From: Candidatus Magasanikiibacteriota bacterium
Lineage (GTDB): Bacteria > Patescibacteriota > Patescibacteriia > Magasanikbacterales > GWA2-37-8
Assembly (NCBI GenBank): GCA_963840935.1
Contig: CAWJAS010000001.1
Location: forward strand, 448,875-512,874
Direction of reading: 5' to 3'
DNA: 64,000 bases
In this document: in pieces, positions 1 through 9,263 of the stretch
Layout of the letters: each line of letters opens with the position of its first letter
Position numbering within the stretch: position 1 is the first letter of the stretch
Position numbers and translations under genes: made by a program
The notes under the pieces: model-generated
What the model was told of the DNA's origin: nothing
What the model saw: the letters and a program-made list of their open reading frames with translations, nothing else
The model's database searches: none

Positions 1-9
1 TATAAAAAT

Positions 10-627
10 ATGAAACAAAGATCTATAAAAATCGGACATTTTTTTCTGAAGGATATCAATCCAGTGATTCGGTTTCTTATAATTTCTGATACTGTGATAA
101 TGGGGGCGGCGGGTTTGCTGGGGCCTATTTTTGCCCTTTTTATTGCGGGTTTTATTGAAGGAGGCAATGAAGCGGTGGCCGGTTTAGCGGCTGGAATATA
201 TTTAGTTACTAAAAGCGTTCTTCAAATACCGATTGCGCATTTAATAGATAGAATCAGGGGTGAGAAAGATGATTTTTGGTTAATGATTATTTTTTCTCTT
301 TTAATGGCTTTGGTACCGCTTCTTTATCTTGTAATTCACACTCCTCTTCAGTTATATATTGTCCAGTTTGTTTTGGGCGTGTTTACCGCGTTCACATTTC
401 CCACTTACATGGCATTATTTACTCGGCATATTGATAAAGACAGAGAGGGGATTGAATGGGGGGTTTACTTTACGCTGGTAGATTTGGTCAGTGCGGCATT
501 TGCCACAGTCGGTGGTTATATTGCCGTTGTCGAAGGTTTTAAGGCTTTGATAATCACAGTTGTGATATTATCATTTTTGGGAGCATTATTGTTATTACCG
601 ATTAGAAAATATATTCGAGTGCAGTAG
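10..627 (+). CDS. MFS-type transporter, C-terminal 6-TM half; probably truncated at the window start because the frame is open to nt 1
   Basis: Hydrophobic helices with short loops, typical of the second half of an MFS transporter. A rho-independent terminator follows. Confidence 0.45.
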   Translation: MKQRSIKIGHFFLKDINPVIRFLIISDTVIMGAAGLLGPIFALFIAGFIEGGNEAVAGLAAGIYLVTKSVLQIPIAHLIDRIRGEKDDFWLMIIFSLLMALVPLLYLVIHTPLQLYIVQFVLGVFTAFTFPTYMALFTRHIDKDREGIEWGVYFTLVDLVSAAFATVGGYIAVVEGFKALIITVVILSFLGALLLLPIRKYIRVQ

Positions 628-644
628 TAATAAATTTTTTTTTA

Positions 645-669
645 GCGCCCACAAGGGCGCTTTTTTTTG
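645..669 (+). terminator. Rho-independent terminator (GCGCCC-ACAA-GGGCGC followed by a T-run)
   Basis: Perfect 6-bp GC stem followed by TTTTTTTT, directly read from the sequence. Confidence 0.7.
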
Positions 670-681
670 TTGTGTTGATAC

Positions 682-727
682 TTGACAAATTTTGGCGGAG
701 ATAAATAAAAGTGTTATGCTATAAATA
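682..727 (+). promoter_or_regulatory. Sigma70-like promoter region (TTGACA at 682-687; extended -10 TGcTATAAAT at 717-726) upstream of the small gene at 802
   Basis: Consensus -35 hexamer plus an extended -10 element. The exact pairing of the -35 and -10 is ambiguous. Confidence 0.4.
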
Positions 728-801
728 GTTCATTAACAACCTTAAAGCGCACTGATGCGTGGCAAGGTGTCGGTCAACCATCCGCCAAAAGGAGGTGCAT
801 C

Positions 802-1161
802 ATGGCGACGATGGCAACGCTTTCGGTTCATGTTTCCGGCACGACCTATAACTTGTACCAGCACGTGATTGAGATGTCCAAAGAGGACAAGATTCCCGAA
901 AAGGAGGTTAACAAAACATTTTGCGAACTGATTGAGACGGCAAGACTGCGCAGGAATGAAAATCGTTTTGGCACCAGTCATTTGCCCGCCCGGCCAAGTT
1001 GGAGTGAGCTTAATTTTTATTTGATTGAAGGTTGGCTTACTTACCACGAAGTTTACAATTCGCTCAACCATCTGGTTCAGTTCGGCAGGTATTTGCCTAT
1101 TCCCAAGCGAGCAAAAGTGAACTGGCCGTTACCGAGAAAGCGCGACTGCATGGAGGCGTGA
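802..1161 (+). CDS. Hypothetical basic protein (119 aa) in a GC-rich island; strong SD AAAGGAGGTG 5 nt upstream
   Basis: ORF with a near-perfect Shine-Dalgarno sequence. Local GC is far above the flanking DNA and both strands are open, so a structured ncRNA cannot be excluded. Confidence 0.4.
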   Translation: MATMATLSVHVSGTTYNLYQHVIEMSKEDKIPEKEVNKTFCELIETARLRRNENRFGTSHLPARPSWSELNFYLIEGWLTYHEVYNSLNHLVQFGRYLPIPKRAKVNWPLPRKRDCMEA

Positions 1162-1183
1162 ATGAGGTTAATTGGTTGCTTCC

Positions 1184-1206
1184 TTGAGCCAACTTCGTTG
1201 GCTCAA
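1184..1206 (+). other. Stable stem-loop with a UUCG tetraloop (TTGAGCCAAC-TTCG-TTGGCTCAA) at the 3' end of the small gene; followed by an A-run rather than a U-run
   Basis: Perfect 9-10 bp stem read from the sequence. It is not a canonical intrinsic terminator on the + strand because no T-run follows. Confidence 0.4.
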
Positions 1207-1332
1207 AAAATGCCGTTAGAACGGCGCCGCTCCCACAAAGTGCCTCGTGAATTATTTGTCTTTTTGGCAAAAATATTCGCGAGGCCTTTTCTTTTTGAAG
1301 AATATGATTTAAAATAACAGTAAATACACAAT

Positions 1333-2130
1333 ATGTCTAAAATAACCAAAATTTGTATATCGTGTTTGTTTGTAGTTTTTTGTTTTTCCGGTTGCACATT
1401 GTTTGAAGGGCAATACCGGCCGTCCGCAACATTAGATAACTCTGAATCATCTTTGCAAGAAAGTTTTGAAGAAGCCGATAAAATGCTTGAAAAACGGTTT
1501 GACGATGTAGTTAGCGGGCGAGCGTCAGCCGGAGAATTTGCGAATACTACCACTGGCGCCAGTGGTTCACCAAATCAAAATATTAATCAAGAATCTATGC
1601 TACAAGATAATAATCAAAAACAAGCCGGGGGGCCGGAAGCGGTAATTCAAGAAAATAAAAAATATAGAGCTTTTTTGCGCACCGAAGCGGGGGATATAGA
1701 GGTTAGTTTGTTTGCCGACAAAACCCCTTTTACGGTAAATAATTTTGTATATTTATCAAAAAAGAATTTCTATAATAATACGGTTTTTCATCGAGTTATA
1801 AATGGGTTTATGATTCAAGGCGGAGATCCAAATGGAGATGGCACCGGTAATCCGGGATATAAATTTGCCGATGAGCCATTTGAAGGTGAATACTCTCGCG
1901 GTATCGTGGCTATGGCTAATTCCGGACCAAATACAAACGGAAGTCAATTTTTTATTATGCACGCGGACTATCCTTTGCAAAAGGATTATGTGATTTTTGG
2001 CAATGTTTTATCCGGCATGGATGTTGTTGATTCTATTGCCGAAGCGCCGGTAAAGTTGGGCGCAAGTGGAGAGAACTCAACACCGGTTAAACCGATAAAA
2101 ATTTTGAAAGTTGATATTATTGAAGAATAA
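1333..2130 (+). CDS. ppiB: Cyclophilin-type peptidyl-prolyl cis-trans isomerase with lipoprotein signal (lipobox FSGC)
   Basis: FHRVINGFMIQGGDP...GSQFFI cyclophilin motifs. N-terminal signal with a cysteine lipobox. Confidence 0.9.
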   Translation: MSKITKICISCLFVVFCFSGCTLFEGQYRPSATLDNSESSLQESFEEADKMLEKRFDDVVSGRASAGEFANTTTGASGSPNQNINQESMLQDNNQKQAGGPEAVIQENKKYRAFLRTEAGDIEVSLFADKTPFTVNNFVYLSKKNFYNNTVFHRVINGFMIQGGDPNGDGTGNPGYKFADEPFEGEYSRGIVAMANSGPNTNGSQFFIMHADYPLQKDYVIFGNVLSGMDVVDSIAEAPVKLGASGENSTPVKPIKILKVDIIEE

Positions 2131-2131
2131 T

Positions 2132-2707
2132 ATGTTTTTGGTACCGCCAAAATTATATTTTTTTGATAAAGTTTTTAAATATTCAATTTTGCGATTGATT
2201 CCGCATAGTGTTAAACCCAATCATTTGACTGTAATTAGGTTTTTGATGACACCTCTTGTGGTGTTTTTTTTGTGGCAAGGTAATCATTGGCTGGGCTTGG
2301 TTTTGTTTTTAATTGCAGCCGCAACAGACGCTCTTGACGGGGCGATGGCTCGCACCAGAAATCAGATTACCGATTGGGGAAAAGTGTATGACCCGCTTGC
2401 GGATAAACTATTAATTTGTTCGGTAATTTTTGTGTTACTTCTTAAGTATGTTGATTTTTATGCGGCCTGGGTAATTATTATAATTGAAGCCGTTATAATT
2501 ATTACCGCTTTAATAAAAAAACGAAAAGGCGTGGAAATACAGTCTAATTTTTGGGGTAAAATGAAAATGATTTTGCAGGTTACGGGCGTTGTTTTTATGC
2601 TTTTGGCAATAGTGTTTAATTTTGACGCTCTTGTTCCGATTAGTAGAAATGTGCTTTATTTGTCAATAGGCTTTGCTATTATTTCATTATTCACGTATAG
2701 TGCCTGA
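2132..2707 (+). CDS. pgsA: CDP-alcohol phosphatidyltransferase (PgsA-like)
   Basis: DALDGAMAR...G...DPLADK signature of the CDP-OH phosphotransferase family. Start moved to the M just after the ppiB stop. Confidence 0.75.
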   Translation: MFLVPPKLYFFDKVFKYSILRLIPHSVKPNHLTVIRFLMTPLVVFFLWQGNHWLGLVLFLIAAATDALDGAMARTRNQITDWGKVYDPLADKLLICSVIFVLLLKYVDFYAAWVIIIIEAVIIITALIKKRKGVEIQSNFWGKMKMILQVTGVVFMLLAIVFNFDALVPISRNVLYLSIGFAIISLFTYSA

Positions 2708-2708
2708 T

Positions 2709-3419
2709 ATGCCTGATATTTGGTTTAACTATTTATATCAACCGTTGCTCAATGTTTTGGTTTGGATTTATAATAATTTGGCCGGTCAAAATATGGGCTG
2801 GTCCGTTGTTATATTAACGGTTTTTTTGCGAATAGCGCTTCTTCCTTTTTCCATTATTTCTCAACGTGATATTGTGCGACAGAATAAAATTAAAGAGGAA
2901 GCCGCCAGAGCGGCCGATGTTTTTAAAAATGATTCTGTGGCGAGAAACGAAGAATTTCGCAAAATAATGAAAACAAATAAAATTTCACCTTGGGCGAAAG
3001 TGGTTGTTTTGGGAATTCAGTTGCTCGTATTAATTTTACTTTATCAAGTTTTTATAAGTGGAATATTTGGGGAGCGTTTGGTCAAGGTTTTGTATCCGTC
3101 AATCGGTTTTCCCGGCGCCATAAATAATGATTTTTTCGGTTTTAACATCGGAGAATCGCATAGTTTATTCTGGGCCGGATTGGTAGCAATATATTTGATG
3201 GCGGCAAATTTGATTGAAAAGATAGGAAGTAAACAATGGGAACGGTCAGAGGCTGTTTTTTTCATATTATTTCCCTTGTTTGTGTTTATTGTTTTGTGGC
3301 TTTTGCCGATCGCCAAAGCTCTCTTCATCTTGACTAGTATGATATTTTCTGATATATTGACGCTTGGCCGTCTTGCCTTGGTCCAACCGGAAAAAACACC
3401 GGAAAGCAAGCCTGCATAA
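2709..3419 (+). CDS. yidC: YidC/Oxa1-family membrane protein insertase (short form)
   Basis: N-terminal LNxLxWIYNNLxGxNxGWSVVILTVFLRIALLPF helix region typical of YidC; multiple TM segments. Confidence 0.7.
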   Translation: MPDIWFNYLYQPLLNVLVWIYNNLAGQNMGWSVVILTVFLRIALLPFSIISQRDIVRQNKIKEEAARAADVFKNDSVARNEEFRKIMKTNKISPWAKVVVLGIQLLVLILLYQVFISGIFGERLVKVLYPSIGFPGAINNDFFGFNIGESHSLFWAGLVAIYLMAANLIEKIGSKQWERSEAVFFILFPLFVFIVLWLLPIAKALFILTSMIFSDILTLGRLALVQPEKTPESKPA

Positions 3420-3430
3420 CACATATTTAT

Positions 3431-4009
3431 ATGGGTGGAGATTCACTGGATAAATTAATGTATAGTTTTGTCGTTGAGGATGTTCTCAAGGGTTTTTTTA
3501 TTCACGTTCCGCCCGGGTATGTTGCTTGTGTTTATGATTTGGGCAGGGGAGTCTTAAAAAAAGTTTTAACCCCGGGCCTTCATTTAAAAATTCCTTTTTG
3601 GCAAAAAGCCAAATTATTTAACACTCAAACGCTTGAATACAGTATTTCCCGCCAGTTTAAGAGCGAATTGGCTCGCGCTTTGGGCGATATTCCGATTGCC
3701 GCCATAACCATGGATAACAAAAGAGTCGGAGTTGAAGGGACAATTTTGCTTCGTCTGGATGTTCACCAGGTTCCGTTAATTTGGCAGACAATCGGGGAAG
3801 ATTTTGTTGAAAAGATTGTTAGGCCCACAATCAGAAGCAGAATAAGAATGGTTTTTTCCCGTTTTAATTATCAAGACATAATTGGGCCCAGAAGAGATGA
3901 AGTGGAAGAAATGCTTAAAGAAGAATTGGAAAATATTTTTTATCCGAGGGGTATTTATGTTGAAAACGTTTTGTTAAGTGAAATACAAATAATTGTCGGC
4001 AAGGAATAA
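3431..4009 (+). CDS. SPFH/Band-7 (prohibitin/HflC-like) domain protein
   Basis: SPFH-domain-like sequence (PGYVACVYDLGRGV...LHLKIPFWQKAK...). Confidence 0.6.
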   Translation: MGGDSLDKLMYSFVVEDVLKGFFIHVPPGYVACVYDLGRGVLKKVLTPGLHLKIPFWQKAKLFNTQTLEYSISRQFKSELARALGDIPIAAITMDNKRVGVEGTILLRLDVHQVPLIWQTIGEDFVEKIVRPTIRSRIRMVFSRFNYQDIIGPRRDEVEEMLKEELENIFYPRGIYVENVLLSEIQIIVGKE

Positions 4010-4065
4010 TTTTTCCTTGTTTTTTTATAGTATAAAAACAGTTTCGCCAACAAAAGGAGGGTGAC

Positions 4066-4203
4066 GTGTATATGAACATACTGAGGGCGAAAAGCACGCC
4101 GAAGCAGGAATGTTTGTCATTGTTCTTTTTGGCTGTTATCGTCACAGCTGGAATTGTCGCCACAGTTATTGATTTTATCTATGGCGAGCATGACGAGCGA
4201 TAG
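4066..4203 (+). CDS. Small hydrophobic peptide (about 43-45 aa) with strong SD (AAAAGGAGGGTGA); GC-rich; followed by a terminator-like hairpin at about 4234-4260
   Basis: SD plus GTG/ATG start and a single TM-like segment (LSLFFLAVIVTAGIVATVIDFIY). Absent from the ORF track because it is under 60 aa. Confidence 0.3.
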   Translation: MYMNILRAKSTPKQECLSLFFLAVIVTAGIVATVIDFIYGEHDER

Positions 4204-4272
4204 GAGTTGTCGCGAAAATTCGATGTTTATAAAGCGGTTTTTAGAGCCGCTTTTCTTATATAAAAAAACGCC

Positions 4273-4325
4273 TTGACACTGTGGACAAATATGATATATT
4301 ATCACTCACAGGGTTAGAGTGATAA
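4273..4325 (+). promoter_or_regulatory. hrcA promoter (TTGACA 4273-4278, TATATT about 4295-4300) overlapping a CIRCE-like operator TTATCACTC-N9-GAGTGATAA (4299-4325)
   Basis: Perfect 9-bp inverted repeat with a 9-bp spacer, one symmetric change from the canonical CIRCE TTAGCACTC-N9-GAGTGCTAA. It sits at the -10/+1 of the hrcA-grpE-dnaK operon. Confidence 0.75.
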
Positions 4326-4333
4326 TAATATAT

Positions 4334-5041
4334 ATGAAAAACGCTATTTTACCCACAGAAGGCAGGCAACTCAAATTAATAATATCAGTCATAGAAAATT
4401 ACATTGAAACAGCAGAGCCGGTTGGTTCCAAGTTTTTGGCTTACAAAAAAAATATTGGCTGGAGCGAAGCCACGATACGCAATGATTTTCGCGTTTTGGA
4501 AGAGGCCGGTTTATTGGTTCAGCCACACACTTCAGCCGGTAGAATTCCGACTATGGCCGGTTATCGTTTTTACGTCGATAGAATTGGCGCGGAAACAATT
4601 AGTAAGAAGGAGCAAAATAGTTTGGAAAAAGCTTTCAAAGAATCAGACTCATACGAAATCGCTTGCAAATCATTGGCGAAGGAGGCGGCATCAATCACTC
4701 GTGAAGCGGTTATCGTGGCTTTCACAGTTGATAAAATTTTTTATACGGGACTTTCCAATATATTTGAAAAACCGGAATTTGCTTCATCGAACATGGTAAT
4801 AAATACGTCGCGAATGTTTGATCAATGTGAAGAATGTTTGGATCGTTTTTTTGGTAAAGTGGGGCAAGAGCCGGCAATTTTTATCGGGCCGGAGCATCCG
4901 TTTGGCGCGCATCTTAGTGTGATTGGAGTTGGTTTTGGCAAAGAAAATGAAGGATTATTTATGGTTTTTGGGCCAATGCGCATGAATTACAAGAAAAATT
5001 TGGCTTTAGTTCAAAAAGTAAAAGAAATATTTAATCAGTAA
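4334..5041 (+). CDS. hrcA: Heat-inducible transcription repressor HrcA (short form, about 235 aa)
   Basis: N-terminal winged-helix (LKLIISVIENYIETAEPVGSKFL) typical of HrcA. Operon context with grpE-dnaK-dnaJ and a CIRCE-like operator. Confidence 0.8.
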   Translation: MKNAILPTEGRQLKLIISVIENYIETAEPVGSKFLAYKKNIGWSEATIRNDFRVLEEAGLLVQPHTSAGRIPTMAGYRFYVDRIGAETISKKEQNSLEKAFKESDSYEIACKSLAKEAASITREAVIVAFTVDKIFYTGLSNIFEKPEFASSNMVINTSRMFDQCEECLDRFFGKVGQEPAIFIGPEHPFGAHLSVIGVGFGKENEGLFMVFGPMRMNYKKNLALVQKVKEIFNQ

Positions 5042-5043
5042 TT

Positions 5044-5589
5044 ATGTTTGGAAAAAATAAAATAATCAACGACGACGTCACTGACGCATTGGTTAGGGAT
5101 GATACAGCGCCGGCGGAAGAAACGGCAGAATCGGTTGGTTGTGAAAACTGCGCTCGATTGAATGAAGAAATGGAAAAATTTAAAATTGGCTGGCAACGCG
5201 CTTTGGCGGATTACCAAAATTTGCAAAAAGAAACTGTCGCTCGACGCGTTGAATGGGCACGAATGAGTGAACAGCAAATTATTGAGGAATTTATTCCGGT
5301 ATATGAGAATTTAAAAATGTCGCTTGATAGCTCGAATTGCGAGAACGAAAATAATCCATGGCTTAATGGCGTAAAACTTGTTTTGAAACAATTCGCGGAT
5401 ATTTTGAAGTCTCACGACGTGGAAGAAATACAAGCGGTAGGTAAAAAGTTTGACCCAAAATTTCATGAAGCCATTGGTGAAGAAAAAGTGGAAAAGAAAA
5501 AATCAGGAGAGATAATAAAAGTAATTAACGGCGGATATATTATGGGTGACAAAGTGATAAAAGCGGCAAAAGTAATTGTCGCAAAATAA
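5044..5589 (+). CDS. grpE: Nucleotide exchange factor GrpE
   Basis: GrpE coiled-coil and C-terminal beta domain similarity. Position between hrcA and dnaK. Confidence 0.9.
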   Translation: MFGKNKIINDDVTDALVRDDTAPAEETAESVGCENCARLNEEMEKFKIGWQRALADYQNLQKETVARRVEWARMSEQQIIEEFIPVYENLKMSLDSSNCENENNPWLNGVKLVLKQFADILKSHDVEEIQAVGKKFDPKFHEAIGEEKVEKKKSGEIIKVINGGYIMGDKVIKAAKVIVAK

Positions 5590-5661
5590 ATAAATCAGGA
5601 CTTATAAATATTAATTTTTCTGCCTTACACTGAGCAGTGTTTGGTAGAAGGAGGTTTAAAT

Positions 5662-6105
5662 ATGAGTATTATTCGTTGGTCTCCAATGCTAGACCCGTTT
5701 TCTGAGATGGAGGAAGCGTTTAATCGTTTGCCTTCATTTGGTGGTGGACAATCACTGAAAGCTTTTGTGCCTGCAATGGATGTTTATGAAACCGATAAAG
5801 CAGTGGTGGTGGAAGCTCCGCTTGCCGGTGTAAACCCGGATGAAGTGAAGGTTAGCGTGGAAAAAGGTGTTTTAACGATTCAGGGCGAATCAAAAAAAGA
5901 ACACGAAGTGGAAGAAAAAAATTATTACAGAAAGGAAGTCCGTTCAGGCGCCTTTTATCGCCAAGTTGCTCTACCGGCTCCGGTTATGGAAGATAAAGTG
6001 TCGGCTGAATTCGAAGATGGTATGTTAAGAATTACATGTCCCAAATCCTCGCCGGCAAAGGCAAAAACAGTAGATGTCAAAGTAATTAAGAAAAATAAAA
6101 AATAA
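5662..6105 (+). CDS. Small heat-shock protein, Hsp20/alpha-crystallin family
   Basis: Alpha-crystallin domain (AMDVYETDKAVVVEAPLAGVNPDEVKVSVEKGVLTIQGE...). SD GAAGGAGG upstream of the start. Confidence 0.88.
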   Translation: MSIIRWSPMLDPFSEMEEAFNRLPSFGGGQSLKAFVPAMDVYETDKAVVVEAPLAGVNPDEVKVSVEKGVLTIQGESKKEHEVEEKNYYRKEVRSGAFYRQVALPAPVMEDKVSAEFEDGMLRITCPKSSPAKAKTVDVKVIKKNKK

Positions 6106-6183
6106 TTTTTACCGTAGAACCGCGAATAGTCCGTTCGCGGTTATATCGGAAAAATAATTAATAATTTAAATAATTTTAGACTT

Positions 6184-8100
6184 ATGTCAAAAGTATTGGG
6201 AATTGATTTGGGCACAACAAACTCCTGCATGGCTATCATTGAAGGTGGCCAGCCAAAGGTGTTGGAAAACAAAGAGGGGGCGCGCACGACGCCGTCAATC
6301 GTGGCAATTTCTAAATCAGGCGAACGCTTGGTGGGGCAACTGGCTAAACGCCAAGCCGTGACCAATCCGGAAAACACATTGTATTCAATCAAGCGTTTGA
6401 TTGGACGTCGATGGGATGACCCGGAGGTTCAAAGAGATTTAAAGTTAATGCCATATAAAATTGTTCAATCGGGTGATGGTGTAAAAATCACAATGAGTGG
6501 GAAAGATTATTCACCCCAGGAAGTATCGGCCATGATTCTTGGCAAAATGAAGGCAGACGCCGAAGAAAGATTGGGTGAAAAAATTAGCGACGCTGTTATT
6601 ACCGTGCCGGCGTATTTTGATGATTCTCAACGTAAGGCGACAAAGGACGCCGGAGAAATTGCCGGTTTAAATGTTCTGCGCGTAATTAACGAACCGACCG
6701 CAGCCGCTTTAGCGTATGGTTTTGACAAAAAAACAAATGAGCAGATTGTGGTTTATGATTTGGGCGGTGGTACATTTGATGTTTCAATTTTGGATGTGGC
6801 ACCGGATAATGTTCAGGTTCTTTCAACTAACGGAGACACACATTTGGGCGGAGATGATTTTGACCAGGTAATTATAAGCTGGATTATTGATGAGTTTAAA
6901 AAAGACCAAGGAATTGATTTGGGAAGCGACCCGCTGGCTCTCCAACGTATTAAAGAAGCGGCCGAGAAGGCAAAAATTGAATTATCAACAGCGCAGGAAT
7001 CCGAAATAAATCAGCCATTTATCACATCTGATTCCAGTGGTCCGAAGCACTTGGTATTAAAATTATCCAGGTCAAAATTGGAAGAATTAGTTGGTGATTT
7101 GGTTGAGAAGACTTTGGGGCCGGTTCAAAAAGCTTTGGATGACGCAAAATTAAAATCAACTGATATTGAAGAAGTAATCTTGGTGGGCGGAATGACCAGA
7201 ATGCCATTAGTAATCAAAACGGTAGAAAAGTTTTTTGGAAAGAAACCGAATGTTACTGTTAATCCCGATGAGGTTGTGGCTATTGGCGCATCCGTTCAAG
7301 GTGGCGTGCTTAAAGGAGAAGTAAAAGATATTTTGTTATTGGATGTTACACCTTTGTCTTTGGGTTTGGAAACGCTTGGCGGTGTAATGACAAAATTAAT
7401 TGAAAGAAATACGACTATCCCAACTTCAAAAACTCAGGTTTTTTCCACAGCGGCGGATAATCAACCGAGCGTAGAGGTTCATGTTTTGCAGGGAGAACGC
7501 CCGATGGCAACAGATAATAAAACCCTCGGCAGATTTATGCTTGACGGAATTCCGCCGGCTCCGCGCGGAGTGCCTCAGGTTGAAGTGACTTTTGATATTG
7601 ACGCAAACGGAATTTTGAACGTGAAAGCGAAGGATAAAGCGACAAATAAGGAACAATCAATTCGTATTGAAGCCTCATCCGGTTTGTCAAAAGAAGAAGT
7701 GGAAAAAATGAAACAAGAAGCCGAAGCCCATGCGGATGAAGATAAAAAGAAGCAGGAAATAATCGAGGCAAAAAATATTGCCGACACGATGATTTATACC
7801 ACGGAAAAAATGATGAAAGATGTGGAAGAAAAAAAGATTGAAATAAGTGATGAAGAAAAGAAAGCTGTTGATGAAGCACTTGCTAAATTAAAAGATGTAA
7901 AAGATAAGGACGATGTTGAGATTATCAAAAAAAATTCCGAGGAATTATCAAAAGTGGCGCAAGCTGTTGGGATGAAAATGTATCAAGCCGAGCAGAATAA
8001 TAAAGCAAGCGAAGCTAAAACAGAAGACGCTGGTGAAGCAAAAAGCGAACCGGGAACTGCTACTGACCAAGGACCGATTGAAGGTGAAGTGGTTAAATAA
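6184..8100 (+). CDS. dnaK: Molecular chaperone DnaK (Hsp70)
   Basis: [18 protein letters not shown] and the other Hsp70 signatures across the full length. Confidence 0.98.
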   Translation: MSKVLGIDLGTTNSCMAIIEGGQPKVLENKEGARTTPSIVAISKSGERLVGQLAKRQAVTNPENTLYSIKRLIGRRWDDPEVQRDLKLMPYKIVQSGDGVKITMSGKDYSPQEVSAMILGKMKADAEERLGEKISDAVITVPAYFDDSQRKATKDAGEIAGLNVLRVINEPTAAALAYGFDKKTNEQIVVYDLGGGTFDVSILDVAPDNVQVLSTNGDTHLGGDDFDQVIISWIIDEFKKDQGIDLGSDPLALQRIKEAAEKAKIELSTAQESEINQPFITSDSSGPKHLVLKLSRSKLEELVGDLVEKTLGPVQKALDDAKLKSTDIEEVILVGGMTRMPLVIKTVEKFFGKKPNVTVNPDEVVAIGASVQGGVLKGEVKDILLLDVTPLSLGLETLGGVMTKLIERNTTIPTSKTQVFSTAADNQPSVEVHVLQGERPMATDNKTLGRFMLDGIPPAPRGVPQVEVTFDIDANGILNVKAKDKATNKEQSIRIEASSGLSKEEVEKMKQEAEAHADEDKKKQEIIEAKNIADTMIYTTEKMMKDVEEKKIEISDEEKKAVDEALAKLKDVKDKDDVEIIKKNSEELSKVAQAVGMKMYQAEQNNKASEAKTEDAGEAKSEPGTATDQGPIEGEVVK

Positions 8101-8103
8101 TTT

Positions 8104-9210
8104 ATGTCCAAAGATTATTATAAATTATTAGGCGTGGAAAAGAACGCAACCGCTGATGAAATTAAAAAGGCGTTCAAAAAAATGGCCATGCAATATCACC
8201 CGGATAGGCCGACAGGCGATGAAAAAAAGTTTAAAGAAATCAATGAAGCTTTTCAAGTGCTTGGTGACGCGGAAAAGCGAGCTAAATATGATCAATTTGG
8301 CGCTGATTTTGATACGCAGGGAGGTTTTGGTGGTGGTATGAATTGGGAAGATTTTATGCGAGCGGCACGGGGGCAAGGTGGCGCGTCAGGTAATATTAAT
8401 TTTGGCGGTATTGATTTGGGAGATATTTTTGGTGATATTTTTGGATTCTCGTCTCATGAAGATGTGAGAGGGGGGCGAAGACAAGCCAGAGGACGAGATA
8501 TTGAAATTGATGTCGAAATAGATTTTAAAGAAGCGGCGTTTGGAATTCAAAAAGATTTTTCCTTGCGAAAACAAGCAAAATGCGAAGTTTGCAAAGGAAG
8601 TGGAAATGAACCGGGAAGCAAGGTGGATACATGCCGGACTTGCCAAGGGCGCGGTCAGGTGACGCAACAGCAAAGAACATTTTTAGGAATAATGCAAACA
8701 GTTGTTTCTTGCCCGGACTGCAAAGGACGAGGCCAGAAGGCGACAAATAAATGCAAACACTGTGGCGGAGATGGAATATTGGCAAAAACAGCTAATATTA
8801 ATGTTAAAATTCCCGGTGGAATTGACGACGGACAATCGATTAGAATAACCGGACATGGTGAAGCTGCGCCCAACGACGGGCAATCTGGAGATTTGTATGT
8901 TCGAGTCCATGTTAAAGCTCAAAAAATATTTCACCGCGAAGGTTTTGATGTTTATACTGAATCGGAGATTAGTTATCCGCAAGCCGTTTTGGGAGACAAA
9001 ATAATTGTGCCGACTTTGGACGGCGAATTAAAAGTCATGGTGCCGGAAGGTACTGAGTCCGGCCAATTAATTCGTTTAAAAGGGCACGGAGTTCAATATT
9101 TGAGCCGTTCAGGCAGGGGAGACCATTATGTGAGAATAAAAATTCGTGTCCCAAAGAAAATTTCGCGTGAAATAAGAAAAAAATTAGAAGAGATAAAAAA
9201 TGATTTATAA
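8104..9210 (+). CDS. dnaJ: Molecular chaperone DnaJ
   Basis: J-domain with HPD. Gly-rich linker. Four CxxCxGxG zinc-finger repeats. Confidence 0.97.
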   Translation: MSKDYYKLLGVEKNATADEIKKAFKKMAMQYHPDRPTGDEKKFKEINEAFQVLGDAEKRAKYDQFGADFDTQGGFGGGMNWEDFMRAARGQGGASGNINFGGIDLGDIFGDIFGFSSHEDVRGGRRQARGRDIEIDVEIDFKEAAFGIQKDFSLRKQAKCEVCKGSGNEPGSKVDTCRTCQGRGQVTQQQRTFLGIMQTVVSCPDCKGRGQKATNKCKHCGGDGILAKTANINVKIPGGIDDGQSIRITGHGEAAPNDGQSGDLYVRVHVKAQKIFHREGFDVYTESEISYPQAVLGDKIIVPTLDGELKVMVPEGTESGQLIRLKGHGVQYLSRSGRGDHYVRIKIRVPKKISREIRKKLEEIKNDL

Positions 9211-9221
9211 GGTAGATGAAT

Positions 9222-9254
9222 AAAAAAACGCCGTGAATAACAGGCGTTTTTTTT
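9222..9254. terminator. Bidirectional rho-independent terminator (A-run, ACGCC-loop-GGCGT, T-run) between dnaJ (+) and rnhA (-)
   Basis: GC stem flanked by A-rich sequence 5' and T-rich sequence 3'. Confidence 0.7.
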
Positions 9255-9263
9255 AATATTTTT

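Noticed and set aside
742-1071. Minus-strand ORF (109 aa) overlapping the 802-1161 gene
   Set aside because: It lies antisense inside a GC-rich block where long ORFs arise on both strands by chance. It has no SD or promoter, whereas the + ORF has both.
1184-1212. Canonical intrinsic terminator after the 802-1161 gene
   Set aside because: The hairpin is followed by an A-run, not a U-run, on the coding strand, so it is recorded as a stabilizing stem-loop rather than a confident terminator.
740-1260. RNase P RNA, tmRNA or SRP RNA in the GC-rich island
   Set aside because: I could not find the hallmark motifs, such as the P4 GGAAAGUCCGGGCUCC-type segment, the tmRNA tRNA-like end with GGUUCGAUUCC and a tag ORF, or the SRP AGGAAGCAGC. 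A strong SD and ORF favour a small protein gene. This needs an Infernal scan for certainty.
1203-1553. Minus-strand ORF (116 aa) overlapping the start of the PPIase gene
   Set aside because: Antisense to a well-supported gene with no translation signals. Low-complexity translation.
4319-4333. Upstream extension of hrcA starting at 4319
   Set aside because: These codons lie inside the CIRCE-like inverted repeat and the -10 region. The ATG at 4334 gives a conventional N-terminus.
7535-7879. Minus-strand ORFs inside dnaK (7426-7879)
   Set aside because: Antisense to the highly conserved Hsp70. Their low-complexity Lys/Ser/Phe-rich translations are typical shadow ORFs.
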